64,000 nucleotides of DNA from Octopus sinensis (Eukaryota): assembly GCF_006345805.1 (NCBI RefSeq), contig NC_043005.1, forward strand, positions 18,476,001 through 18,540,000. The letters are read 5' to 3'. Made by a program: the position numbers and the translations under genes. The stretch's first letter is position 1. Each line of letters opens with the position of its first letter. This document shows positions 11,936 through 23,980 of the stretch, piece after piece. Below the pieces are notes generated by a model, which did not search any database, was not told where the DNA came from, and saw nothing but the letters and a program-made list of their open reading frames with translations.

Positions 11936-13438
11936 GACTGACAGACTGATGGAGAAAAATGTTGATGAGTTTGTTGAAGTTACGTTTTAAGAATAATTTT
12001 CTCGTTGTTGTCTGTTTTTATGAGGCAAAGTCAAATTTAGTTATTGACATTTGTGAGATGTTGGTCTTTCAGTTAGTTCATTTATTACGTTGTCAATAGA
12101 TTTATCATTCGTTATATGATACTGTACACCGGTCAACTTCAGTGATCCGAGTATATCCGTGCTGAGGTTTGAATAACATCGTTGATTCAGTTGCATGACA
12201 AACATTCATAAAGATAGCGTTTCTATTTCACACTTAACACATCATGAAAGATTGAAGTGTTGAAAATACTGAAACTAGACTTTGTTGTAAATCTTCTGCT
12301 AAGAGAATATTAAGCAAACATAGCGATTCTTAGTATGGGTTGAACTCTGAATATTTTGAGACGAAGAATGCGTTTACTTGTATAATTACAAGGCTGTGTA
12401 TATGAAAAGGGAGCAGTTTCCAATAAATTAAATCGATTTCAAGTGTATAACTGTTGGTTATTTGATGGTGTTGTGGTATCTAAGTTGTATTAAAGGCTGT
12501 AGGCTGTGATATCTAACAAGGCCTAAGGACGAAGGTTGCAGTGAATTTAATTGATTACCAGATTGCTTTTTTGCAGCTTAGTCAGAAAATAACGTTCACA
12601 ACACATGATCCATTTTTTAAATTCAGATTTCGGAGACTGGAAAAAAAAACAGAGAAAGTTAGCATCAAAATAAAACTACAATCTGAATGTTCGCAACAGA
12701 GTAAAGTTCGATAAAAAAGGCCATGAAATAGCGTTAAACCGAAATACGTGCTATTTGAAGAAATCATGAAATTTCACCAATTTGTAATGTTAGCCATCGT
12801 TGAGTCATGATTTGATTATTTAAGAGAAGATAAACCGATTTTCTGACTGTAGTTGCAACCAACAACTGTACGGATGTGTGACTATGCTCTCTAATTTTAT
12901 TTACCTTTGCTAACTGTTAAGCCTAATATACAATTGTCTTGACAGAGTAATATCTACAACTTTAAAAACACACATGTTCCCTCTTTTCTACAAGTAACTT
13001 GCAAGCGTTTTCTATTCACATCATCCAACTGACTTTGCAAATACGAAAACACCTGCGTATATGATCGAACATATTTATGAAACCGTACCGTAATGCATGT
13101 AAATTAAGATATCGTGTATGCTGTCTGAATTCTGTTCTATTTTAATACGTATTCACAAACCACATGATATCTAATTACTGTTATTTTATTCTCACACCAA
13201 GAAAAGCAGAAGAAACAAGCCTTTTGCAAATTTGAAGAAAAGAAATAACTATAGGTATCCTATTATGGACAGAGGTCAAAACTGAACATTTTTGTTCTCA
13301 CCACAAATCGCAAACGCACTTTTATAAGTACTTTTTATGTTTGTTCCGAATCTGCTTTCAGATTTTTCTTATCATATCCTTTTTCATTTCACATACTGAG
13401 ATTTTCAATTTATTTTTAGGTACGCAGATGAGACCCGC

Positions 13439-13570
13439 ACATACATACATACATACATACATACATACATACATACATACATACATACATACATACATAC
13501 ATACATACATACATACGAACATACATACATGCGTTCGTACGTGCGTACGTAAGTACATACATACGTACAT
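13439..13570. repeat. (ACAT)n microsatellite
   Basis: Directly visible. Confidence 0.97.
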
Positions 13571-14249
13571 ATATACTTACACACACCACACACTCTTAAA
13601 CATTGTGAGACCAGGTTGGGGCTTTAACTGTCAAAAACGAAACTATTTTACTATTACACTCTCAGCAAGCTTTTACTCAATTTCTGTGTTCCCAAATTTA
13701 TCAGATGGTTTGGGTTGATTGGAGGCACTTGCCATACACATATTTACATCAGGACATTCTTATCTCTCTAGGGTGAATGTTTTTTGTACACCTTGATAAA
13801 ATGCACATCAAGGTGTGTCTTTTCCAACTGAACCGGCTCAACTGGTCGTTCTTACGCTCCAGTTGAACAGATTTCTGGATGACAGGAGTGTGTAATACAT
13901 CGCACAGAAAACGAAGAAGCTTTAGCGCCTCCAACTGGGGTTCCTAACTGATCCTATCTAGATTCTCTGATACTAGTTCTAGAGTTCTTGTTCTTCGTCC
14001 TTCCTCGTCCTTCTGTCGCACTTCTCTGTCATTCTTCTTCCTTCTGTTGTGATTCTGCCTGAATCAAGGTCCTCTTCTGCATGATGTCTGCCGTAATGTT
14101 TTTCTTTTAAGTATTCTTGTTAAATATATTTCACGTTACATGCAACAACCCATATTTTTGAAAGTCTCAATCGGATTTTCAACTCCATTTCCAAAAGATA
14201 TATTCCTATAAATTCTAAGATGTTAGAATACATCTGTCTGTATGCTTGT

Positions 14250-15400
14250 CAAGCTTTCAGTTGTAATCATTATTTTATCAACGGCGCTATCTTTTAAAGC
14301 ATCTTGCACTTGACTTTCTATAATAAGAACCTCCTTTACTTTTTGCAATACTTAATGGCGAAGGCATTTATGAGAGAAACTGAAATACTTTCGAATCTTT
14401 TTAAATATGGTCTGAACAAATACCTTCATTAAATCAAACTTAACATAGAGAAATGTTAAAACTATTCCTTCGGATCTACTGAAAGAACTGATTGAATTTT
14501 ATTTCTTCCAGGTATATATGAAATTATGGTTGGCCATGCTTTTTCCGTTACAATGTTCTGTAATAGCATAACTTCCCAAAAGACATAAAAACCTTCTCCA
14601 TTAACATAACATTTACTTTAAAATCTCCACAAAGATTCGGTTGGGGATTGTTGCATTGAATTGCATAAAAATCTCGATGTTAACACAAAATACCTTTAAA
14701 TGCAGTAAATAAGCGAACCGGATACATGCTTTTCAATTTCCATTGTGCAATAAAACTGTATTTAAGCTTTGTATTGATGAACCTGTGAATACTTGGCATT
14801 CACTAACATCATGCCTTTCAGATAAACTCGCGAAAATCCATTAACATCATTGGCATTAACAGAAACGACCATCCATATGGAAATAAAATGATATATAAAA
14901 TTTATTTCTCTTTCCAGAGTAATTCGCTGTTACATTTTCATCAAGCAAGACTTTTTTCTTTTAAGGAAGAGGTTGGATGTTATTACTTATATATTGACAA
15001 CTCCAAATCCATTACACGTTTGCCCAAACTTCCTTATGCGAAAAGAAATAGACAGTCTCTTTATTCTGGTTTGGATCAAGTACTTGACAAAACTCCATCT
15101 GTAACTACATTTTTATGTGTTGAACCGATATTGGGAGAAATAGGGTGAGACAGTGATTCTTTCTGTGAAAGGTCCTCGCACGGAAACTGTGTTGGAGCAA
15201 ATTATACTTTAAAGAAAACCTTTTAATGTTAAGAACAAATCATCAGTGTGTAACATAATGTTTTTGAGGTCCCCACTGTGAAATACAATGAAGGCTTCTT
15301 TTCTGACATCTGGCCATGTAAACGACTTCAACACGCTATGCAAATCTAATGACGTGTTGTTGTTAAGCAATAGCTTGTAGGGGCGTTGTCATGTAATTTT
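14250..15400 (-). mobile_element. Fossil Chapaev3-like (CMC/Transib-related) transposase
   Basis: Frameshifted remnants appear in the expected order: WGPQKH....FVLNIK (15219-15275), LCGDFKVNVML (~14600-14634), VDP../IVLTFLYVKFDLMKVFVQ (14409-14480) and LSIAKVKE..ESQVQDALKD. These match W.EP.NH..C.FC..NIKG / CGDLKV / LPPLHIKLGLMKQFVK / LSEAKLKEGIF as I recall them. Confidence 0.6.
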
Positions 15401-16097
15401 AAAATTATCACAGTCTTAACAGGTTGGTCGATGTTTTCACATTATTTAAAGGTTGATAATTTAGATAGGATATATTATCATCTATATATATAACCTTAAA
15501 CAACATAGAAGGTGAAGACTCGTATTTATTAGCAAATCTGAAAGTATTAAAACCCCTGATTGACTGAATCTTAAATAACAAGCTAGACTGTAAAAAAAAT
15601 TGCCATGTCTTAAACATACACTGACAGGGAGAAACGATTAAACAGTTTCAAAATCAAAATTACTTTAAACCTATTTAAAACCATCTCTGATGGAAATGAA
15701 ATTTTATCTCGTGTTGTTGTTATATATTTACGAATATACTTCTATCTTTTTCTGGAGATTTCGAAATTCGAAAACAAAAAAAAAACTATTGACAAATTCT
15801 GAGTTGAATGCGTGACGTTCGATAAATATTTTAAATTTTCACTTGAAAATTTCGGTCAAAGAGATATAATATTTAATTACACACATATTGTCTGATTAAA
15901 GAAGACAGCTATTGGTTTACAAATTCATAAACAACTCATTAGATTCTTGTTAGTCAGCCGTCAGATTTGATGTTTGTCCTCTTTAAATACTCGGGTTGCA
16001 CTCTCTCCCATTCCACTAAGTTTTCACATGCATAACAGTTTGACTTCAGCTAGAAATATCCGTTCCAACTACGATACAACATACTCAAGTCATACAG

Positions 16098-16316
16098 AAG
16101 CTTTACTAATCTAGGTACAAGGCCCGAAATTTTGGGAGAAGGCGGCCAATCGATTAGATCGACTCCAGTACGCAAATGGTTCTTAATTTTTCGACCTCGA
16201 AAAGATGAAAGGTAAAGTCGAGCTCGGCAGAATTTTGACTCAGAACGTAAAGGCAGACGAAATACCGCTAAGCTTTTCGCCCGGCGTGCTAACATTTCTA
16301 CCAGCTCACCGTCTTA
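16098..16316 (-). mobile_element. SINE, ggcggcgagctggcagaa family
   Basis: Reverse complement of the family; 12-bp TSD caagtcatacag (16086-16097 / 16317-16328). Confidence 0.9.
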
Positions 16317-16789
16317 CAAGTCATACAGTATGTTAACCCTTAAAGGGCTGGGATTTTCACTTACACAGCATGGACAGCTGAACACATTTTATGGAAATAA
16401 GACTACCATGCACATATAAAAAGCAAAAAATAGGTAAAATATCTTCTTAGTATATAATTGTGGCAAGTTTTACATCATCTGAAAAATAATTGATAGACAT
16501 TTCAACAAACGCCCATAAATCAAATGTATCTATCTGGGCCACGATTGTGGCCTGTTGACCTGTGCCTGACAGCCACGATCGTGGCCCGTTGCACTTTATG
16601 TGTTAAATCAATGAGGATACATCGGCACCACCATAGCTTTCAAGAGACGTCTCAGTAACAAATGAATAAGATAGATGTAGAATCGCTATTTCTTACCAGA
16701 ATTTTAGAAAAATATGACACCAAGATCAATAGAGTTACAGTAGTAATTCCTCATTTATGTAACAGATTATGACTTGAACGTATCTTATA

Positions 16790-17680
16790 TCTATATATAT
16801 AAAACTCTAGTTGTGTGAGTGTCTGTCCCCTTCGATTTATATTCCTAACTCCTCCCACATTTTGCGGTGCAGTTTAACCAAATTCGGGTATCTTATAGTC
16901 GTGATTCATATCGAGCCCGTCTGACTATTAGCGCGCGTCAACGATGAGTCTACGATTTTAAAAATAATTTAACATCATTTTTTATTCCATTTTAATGCAT
17001 AAAATGCATCGTGTGTCGATGGCGGCGGAGTTGGCGTCCACGCTCACAGCTGCACCTGTTTGCTTCTCCCCCTTCCCTCCCTCGTGAAGCTGTGGGGAAG
17101 GGAGTGTAAAGAAATCACCGTCGTAATGCGTTGTGAAGGAAACCAGCGTTCTTTTAGAACAACGACTTCATGGCTTGAAGACACCAAAACAAAAATGGCT
17201 AAGAAAGCCCGAATTTATAAGGGAAGTAACTCTCTAAAAATGCTTATATAGTTATTTCCCTTACAAACCCGAGCAACGCCGGGCGATACTGCTAGTTTAT
17301 ATATAAAAGTAAGGTTGTGTGTCTGTCTCCTACGATTTAGATTCCTAACTACTCCCATATTTTGCGGTGCAGTTTAACCAAAACCGGGTATCTTATAGTC
17401 GTGATTCATATCGAGCCCTTCTGGGTATTAGCGCGCGTCTACGATTTTAAAAATAATTTACCATCATTTTTTTCCATTTTAATGCATTTTTGTCGCTATT
17501 ATATAAGGGAAGTAACTCTCTAAAAATGTCTACGATGAGTCAACGATTTAAAAAAAAAATTACCATAATTTTCTTTCCATTTTTAATGCATTTTTTGGCT
17601 ATTTTTTGGCTATAACTCTCTAAAAATGCTTTATAGTTATTTCCCTTACAAACCCGAGCAACGCCGGGCGATACTGCTAG
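16790..17680 (+). mobile_element. Tandem dimer of a non-autonomous Helitron (16790-17295 and 17296-17680)
   Basis: 5' TC; both units end cccgagcaacgccgggcgatactgCTAG; the junction reads CTAG|tttatatataaaag. Confidence 0.92.
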
Positions 17681-18143
17681 TATTCCATAAATCCTCTTTT
17701 GCAGGAGTACAATTTACTTGTCGCCTTTCTTTAATTTGTAATTAATCTTTTCAATTAGTTTACATGCATTCTAATAGCCTATTACAAAGCAACATGTAAT
17801 TTTGTTTGTAATTAAGACGAGTGGCGTGCGTATTGTATGTTCCGTATTGATTTATTTGACAGATACTTTGCAGGAATATAAGCCGTGAATATGAGGTGAC
17901 TTAACTATGGTATCGAGAAGCAACAAGCGTTGTGCATTCTGTAGTTTTCAACGCTTATCAACTTGTCCTCTAATAAAAGGTCGTGGTAACATAAGTTGAT
18001 ATAATTTAAAAACAAAATACCAATTGGCCTTATCATATTCATTTTCTACAAACTTGATTATTTCAAGGAACACCTCGCACGGACCACATATAATAATGCA
18101 CACACTTGCAAGAAAAAATAAAAACTCACTTGTATTTGGCATA

Positions 18144-18575
18144 GACGTGGACTTGGCTATGGGTTAAGAAGTTTGATCCAACCACATGGTTTCGGGTTCA
18201 GTCCCACTGCGTGGTACCTTGGGCAGGTATTTTCTTCTATAGCCTTGGGCCAACAAAAGCTTTGTGAGTGGATTTAGTGAACGGAAACTGGAAGAATCCT
18301 GACGTATAGATGTACATGTGTGTGTGTGTGTGTGTGTTTGTGTCTTTGTATCTGTGTTTGTCCCCAACCACCGCTTGACAACCAGTGCTGGTGTGTTTAC
18401 CTCTCCGTAACTAGGCGGTTCGGTAAAAGAACGATGATAGAATAAGTACAAGTCTTGAAAAAGTAAGCACTGGGGTCGACTCATTCTTCAAAAAATTCTT
18501 CAAAAAATTCTTCAAAACCGCATCCCAGCATGGCCATAGTCTAATGTCTGAAACAAGTAAATGAGAAATGATATA
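18144..18575 (+). mobile_element. tRNA-derived SINE, ggcgcaggagtggctg family
   Basis: Head ...ggttcagtcccactgcgtgg..., internal (GT)n tract; homologous to 19795-20188. Confidence 0.88.
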
Positions 18576-19794
18576 AGATACAAACTCCTTTAATTTCCTT
18601 GCATATTTGCACACAGAACACTGAACATTACCATTTTCACACTGTTCTGGTATTACCGTTCATCCTAGTCATTAAATGTAACTGTTCTTGCAGTATTTCG
18701 CTACTTCTTGTTCATCATTTTGCCATCAATCTAGGAGGGGCAGTTTGTCACGTGTGATGATATTTTGACTGAACTTTACGTGTTATTCTAAGTTATCAAG
18801 AATTTTGACCAATCAGAAATGTTATCCAATGAGAAACAAGTAGTCTGTCGAATTAGGATTTGGTTAGTTAAAAGAAAATATGTGGGATTTCTGACTCTAA
18901 TGTATGAGCGGCTCTTACTATGTAAAATGTGAAAGCGAAGCAAATTGCTTTATCGCTCTCTCATTCCATTCTAACTTGCTTGAAGTACATTGCTATTCAA
19001 ATTTGCTTGAGGTTCACTAACGTCTTCTAGTTTAAAAGCTCACGCGTTCTCTCTTCGCTGCTACGACTGACTGTTCATAAATATTCTATTTTAGAAATAA
19101 AACGAAGCGATACGTATGAAAGTTTTAAATACGTCATCCAACTAAGTTTGCAAACGTGGAAAACTTATGAACTTCCCCAAGAACGGTTGTAAAAACTTAA
19201 CATGATTTCTATGGAATTTTTGCCTGCAATATGTTTAATTTGTGTCTGTATTCAAAAGCCATCGGCTACGAAACAAATTATTGCCACACAAATCCAGGAA
19301 CAAGAAAATTAGACGTATTTATTATCTTTTCGAATTATTGCTACATTTACGAACATGCTCTTTTCCCAAAGGCGGAAAGAATAAATTTAAAATATTTGTA
19401 CTTTTGACATCAGTTGAACTGCTGTACATATTTGTAGATAATAAAATGATATAAATAAACCGTATTAAACAGTTATTAATTATGTAAGAAAAGATTTTGT
19501 TAAGATATAGTTCAAATACATTTCTAGAACATCATTTCATAGATGTGTAGGCAAAAGTTCAACTACGTGGATGTGTCTACGATCTTACTATGTGACACAT
19601 TGGGAGACAGTTTTCTATTATTACCTCAAGTTGAGCAATAACTTGTCGGAAAAAAACAGTGTAGAGGCTTTTAGCCTATAAATTCTGTTATGATTTTATC
19701 TTTTAATTGTTCCATAATTTCTCCCCTCTCTCTTTCTCTTTCTTTCTTTCCTTCTTTCTTTCTTTCTTTGTGTGTGTGTGTGCAAATACAATAT

Positions 19795-19994
19795 TCTCTC
19801 TTTACTATTTTACTTGTTTCAGTCATTTGACTGCGGCCATGCTGGAGCACCGCCTTTAATCGAGCAACTCGACCCCGGTACTTATTCTTTTGTAAGCCCA
19901 GTACTTATTCTATCGGTCTCTTTTGCCGAACCGCTAAGTTCGGTTGTCCAGCAATGCTAGGGGAACAAACACAGACACACAAACACACACACGC

Positions 19995-20025
<31 letters not shown>

Positions 20026-20188
20026 CGACGGGCTTCTTTCAGTTTCCGTCTACCAAATCCCCTCACAAGGCTTTGGTCGGCCCGAGGCTATAGTAGAAGA
20101 CACTTGCCCAAGGTGCCACGCAGTGGGACTGAACCCGGAACCATGTGGTTGGTAAACAAGCTACTTACCACACAGCCACTCCTGCGCC
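19795..20188 (-). mobile_element. tRNA-derived SINE, ggcgcaggagtggctg family, full length
   Basis: Complete head on the minus strand; homologous to 18144 and 57972. Confidence 0.9.
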
Positions 20189-20398
20189 TATGATACTATT
20201 ATATATTAACTATTTTATAATATAGTGGCATGTTAGCAAGTTAATAATATATTTAATATATCATAGTATCTATTTGTATTTATATTATATACTTCAATCA
20301 TTTTGAAATAGCGCCAGCGTTCAACGGTTTTTCTCATGACTTCTACGAGGTGAGCTACCCTTTAACCGGAGTATCAGCGAGATCCTCTGATGAGATAT

Positions 20399-20507
20399 GC
20401 TAACGTATTATAATATATGCTACCGCAGCTGGAATTACCGCGGCTGCTGCCACGAGACTTGTCCTTCGGCCGATCCTCGTTAGCTTATTTGAAGTGTACT
20501 CATTCCA
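20399..20507 (-). pseudogene. ~105-bp 18S (SSU) rRNA fragment spanning helix 18 (530-loop region)
   Basis: The minus strand reads ggaatgagtacacttcaaataagctaacgaggatcggccgaaggacaagtctcgtggcagcagccgcggtaattccagctgcggtagcatatatt. A 23-nt stretch is identical to the universal cagcagccgcggtaattccagct. Confidence 0.88.
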
Positions 20508-20509
20508 GA

Positions 20510-20785
20510 AATCCTAAAATTAAATTTTCCGCGTTAATAGCAACATATGTTAACATTCTAAAAATGCAACATATTAACTATAAATTGATACGGTCAGTAA
20601 TTACAGAAATCCCTCCTTATAATACATATACACGAACTTGTAGGTTATGTATAAAAGAATCAATTAATACAGTTCGTCTAAATAAAAAGAAAACGCTTAA
20701 CAAATTCTCGGATAACATTATTACATGTAGGCATAAATACCTCTCCACGTTTAAATTTTTTCGTTACATAACAAAAAATCTGTAA
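20510..20785 (+). mobile_element. Penelope-like element GIY-YIG endonuclease C-terminal remnant, with pLTR-like flanks at ~20200-21005
   Basis: LIATYVNILKMQHINYK...PPYNTYTRTCRLCIKE...TLNKFSDNIITCRHK matches the PLE C-terminal pattern (L.KYIW.LK...I.Y....PY....C.LC..E...LNKRSE....CRH). A hammerhead core CTGATGAG lies upstream at 20387. Confidence 0.72.
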
Positions 20786-21006
20786 AAAGTCTCCCATCAA
20801 TAAAATATTCGTGGAATACCTATCATCTTATGTAGACATAAATGCCAATACACATTTACATTCTTTCGTTAAGAAACGATAAATCCGTAATAATTGAAAA
20901 TATAAAAAAAAAAAACAGAAAAAGTTCAGCACTATAATAATTTTCGGGAAACCTATATTTTTAATTTCACCCTCATCATATATTTTCAATTCGACTTAAT
21001 CGGCTT

Positions 21007-21330
<324 letters not shown>

Positions 21331-23608
21331 TATGTTTCTTTATTAGCCACACAGGGCTGCACACAGATAGAACAAATTACAAGGTAGAGCTTTTCTTTTG
21401 AAGGTTTAAAAAAAAAAAAAAAAAAGTGGAGGGGGAGTTTCGAACAAAAAAGGGGGGGTTAAAAAAAAAAAAAAAAAAAAGGGGGAGAGGAAAAAAAATT
21501 GATCAATAGGGATCGTTATCACAGAAATGTCAATATGAAGTGTAAGGGGGGACAGGTGAGGTTTACCCGTGGAAAGAAAAGCCTACGGAAAAGACCACGG
21601 TAACCTCGGTCAATGAAGTCACATTTTATATTTCTTTTTTTTTTTTTTTTTTTTTGCAAATAAGCAACTCTCTGTTTTCGATTTCTGGGTTCATAGGATC
21701 ATGCTCAAGGTGGCTTCGTCATTCATACGTGCCATTCTTGCTACATTCACCCATCTTTTTTTAAAACATTCGCTAGACAAAACTTGCCTCTCTACTCTCA
21801 CTTTCCTTTTCAAGTGGTACTTGAAGAAGTTGATGAGAGATTGACCAGAGAGGAAAGTGTTTGTCTCCAATCCTTTCAGACGCGTCCACCAGATACATTC
21901 TTTCGCCATAGCCACAAGGATGATGAAATAGCTCTTCCTTCCCGTTTGAAGGAAGGAGGCGTGACAATATTGACGATAGACTCAGCTGATAAACCGACTC
22001 GTCCCACACGTGACAGCAGTTGTTCGACATAAGCCCACAGGTCGGAAATTGTTGGACACTGAACGAGTGCGTGCAGAACGGTTTCGTCGCTCTGACCGCA
22101 TCTCGGGCAGGTCGGCCCCGTGTTTTCTCGAGCCGTGTCTGTAGAGCTTATCCCGAACGGGTAGCGCTTCTCGGTAGCACTGCCAGGCCAGGGATCTCTG
22201 GAAGTTGTCCATGGCCCTGGCCCGAAAGTCGTCCCGAACAGGCGGGTCAGGTACTCCTCGTCGACGTCCAGGTTCGCCCCGAGCTCGTCGTCGTACCTCC
22301 CCTCCACTAAACCCCTATAGAATGCTTTGGTTGTGTTGAAGTCACTTAAGGTCGACCCAGGACGGCAGAGTTGCTTGAGAGCAACGCGACACTCGCGGTG
22401 CCATTCGCCCTTCCTCGGCCTCTTTTTGATCCACGACTGCAGTTCGGTCATGGAGACGAGCTGCGGGAAAGCGTGCCTCACAAACGGCGACCACACCTGT
22501 TCACCGTCGTCTACATAGAGCCAGAGATGTCGCAGTCTCAGCGCGTGTCTGCGCATCATCAACCACGGCATGCCCAGCCCTCCTTTTAACGGGTGTTGAT
22601 AGCAAATGGATCGCCTGACCATCGGGACGCATCCTTTCCACAAGAAGCGAAAGAGGATGCGTTGTAGTTTGGTGATGGTAGGGTCGGGACAAGGTACGAC
22701 GGTCAGGCGGTAGTAGATGACGGACGCGATGTACGTGTTCGCCACCTCCGCTCGACCTTTTAGGGACAGTTTCCTCTCGGCCCATTGCTGGGCGAGATTG
22801 ACCACCCTACTCGTTATCTCGTTCCAGTTCTTCTCCACTTGGAGGTCCGGACCGAACAGACCCCGAGCAACTCAACCGGGCCGTCGGTCCAGCGTCCCAC
22901 GACGGAGGCGCTGGTGGACGGCATGGGCTTGCTTCTCCAGGTGCCTAGTCGCAAGCCCACTGACTTTTCCCGGTTGATTTTTCGCTCCTGTCACCGCTTC
23001 GTAGTTTTTCAGTGTCTCGCCGACCAGCTCGATGTGCTCGTGGCTAGACACTATGACGGTGACGTCGTCCGCGTATGCAGACACGCTCGTCCCGCATCCC
23101 AATTCTCGCGGGATGCCCCTTAGAGTCGCCAGCTTCCGCAGTAGTGGCTCAACAGTCAATACGTATAGAAGCGCCGAGATGGACAACTTCCCTGACGGAA
23201 CGAAAGTGCGATGTCGAAAGGTCTCGATAGATGTCCATTTACGCGAATTACCGAACGGATGCCTCTGTACAAGGCAGCTATCCAGCCGCGGAAGACGGGA
23301 CCGAAACCAGCCGCTCTCAGGACTGCCTCCAAGTATCGATGGTCTACCCTATCAAAGGCTTTCGATTGATCCAAGTTGATCAGGGCCCCACCCATGCCAG
23401 GTTCGTTAACTACCCTGTCTATGATGTAGCGCATCAGATGGAGGTTGTCATGGATGGTCCGGCCTGGCACGGCGCATGTTTGCGCCTTGTCGACCAGTTT
23501 CTCGATGACAAGCGCCAACCTCTTGGCTAGCACCTTGGCCAAAATTTTCAAGTCTGCATTAAGCAGAGTGATGGGCCTAAAGTTATCTATTACATTTCCC
23601 TTGTTTAT
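21331..23608 (-). mobile_element. 5'-truncated, frameshifted Tx1/L1-clade LINE (RT + C-terminal CCHC)
   Basis: Motifs RPITLLNADLKILAKVLAKRL, LDQSKAFDRVDH, YADDV and CPRCGQSDETVLHALVQC across ORFs 23156..23551, 22872..23186 and 21876..22838. AATAAA lies 8 nt before a (TCTA)n tail. Confidence 0.93.

Positions 23609-23980
<372 letters not shown>

Noticed and set aside
13749-13934. ORF with QKSVQLERKNDQL resembling an integrase PQSNG..ER.N motif
   Set aside because: It is a single weak motif with no other DDE landmarks recognisable by eye.
20399-20507. A functional 18S rRNA gene
   Set aside because: It is only ~105 bp, universal positions are mutated, and no flanking rDNA is present.
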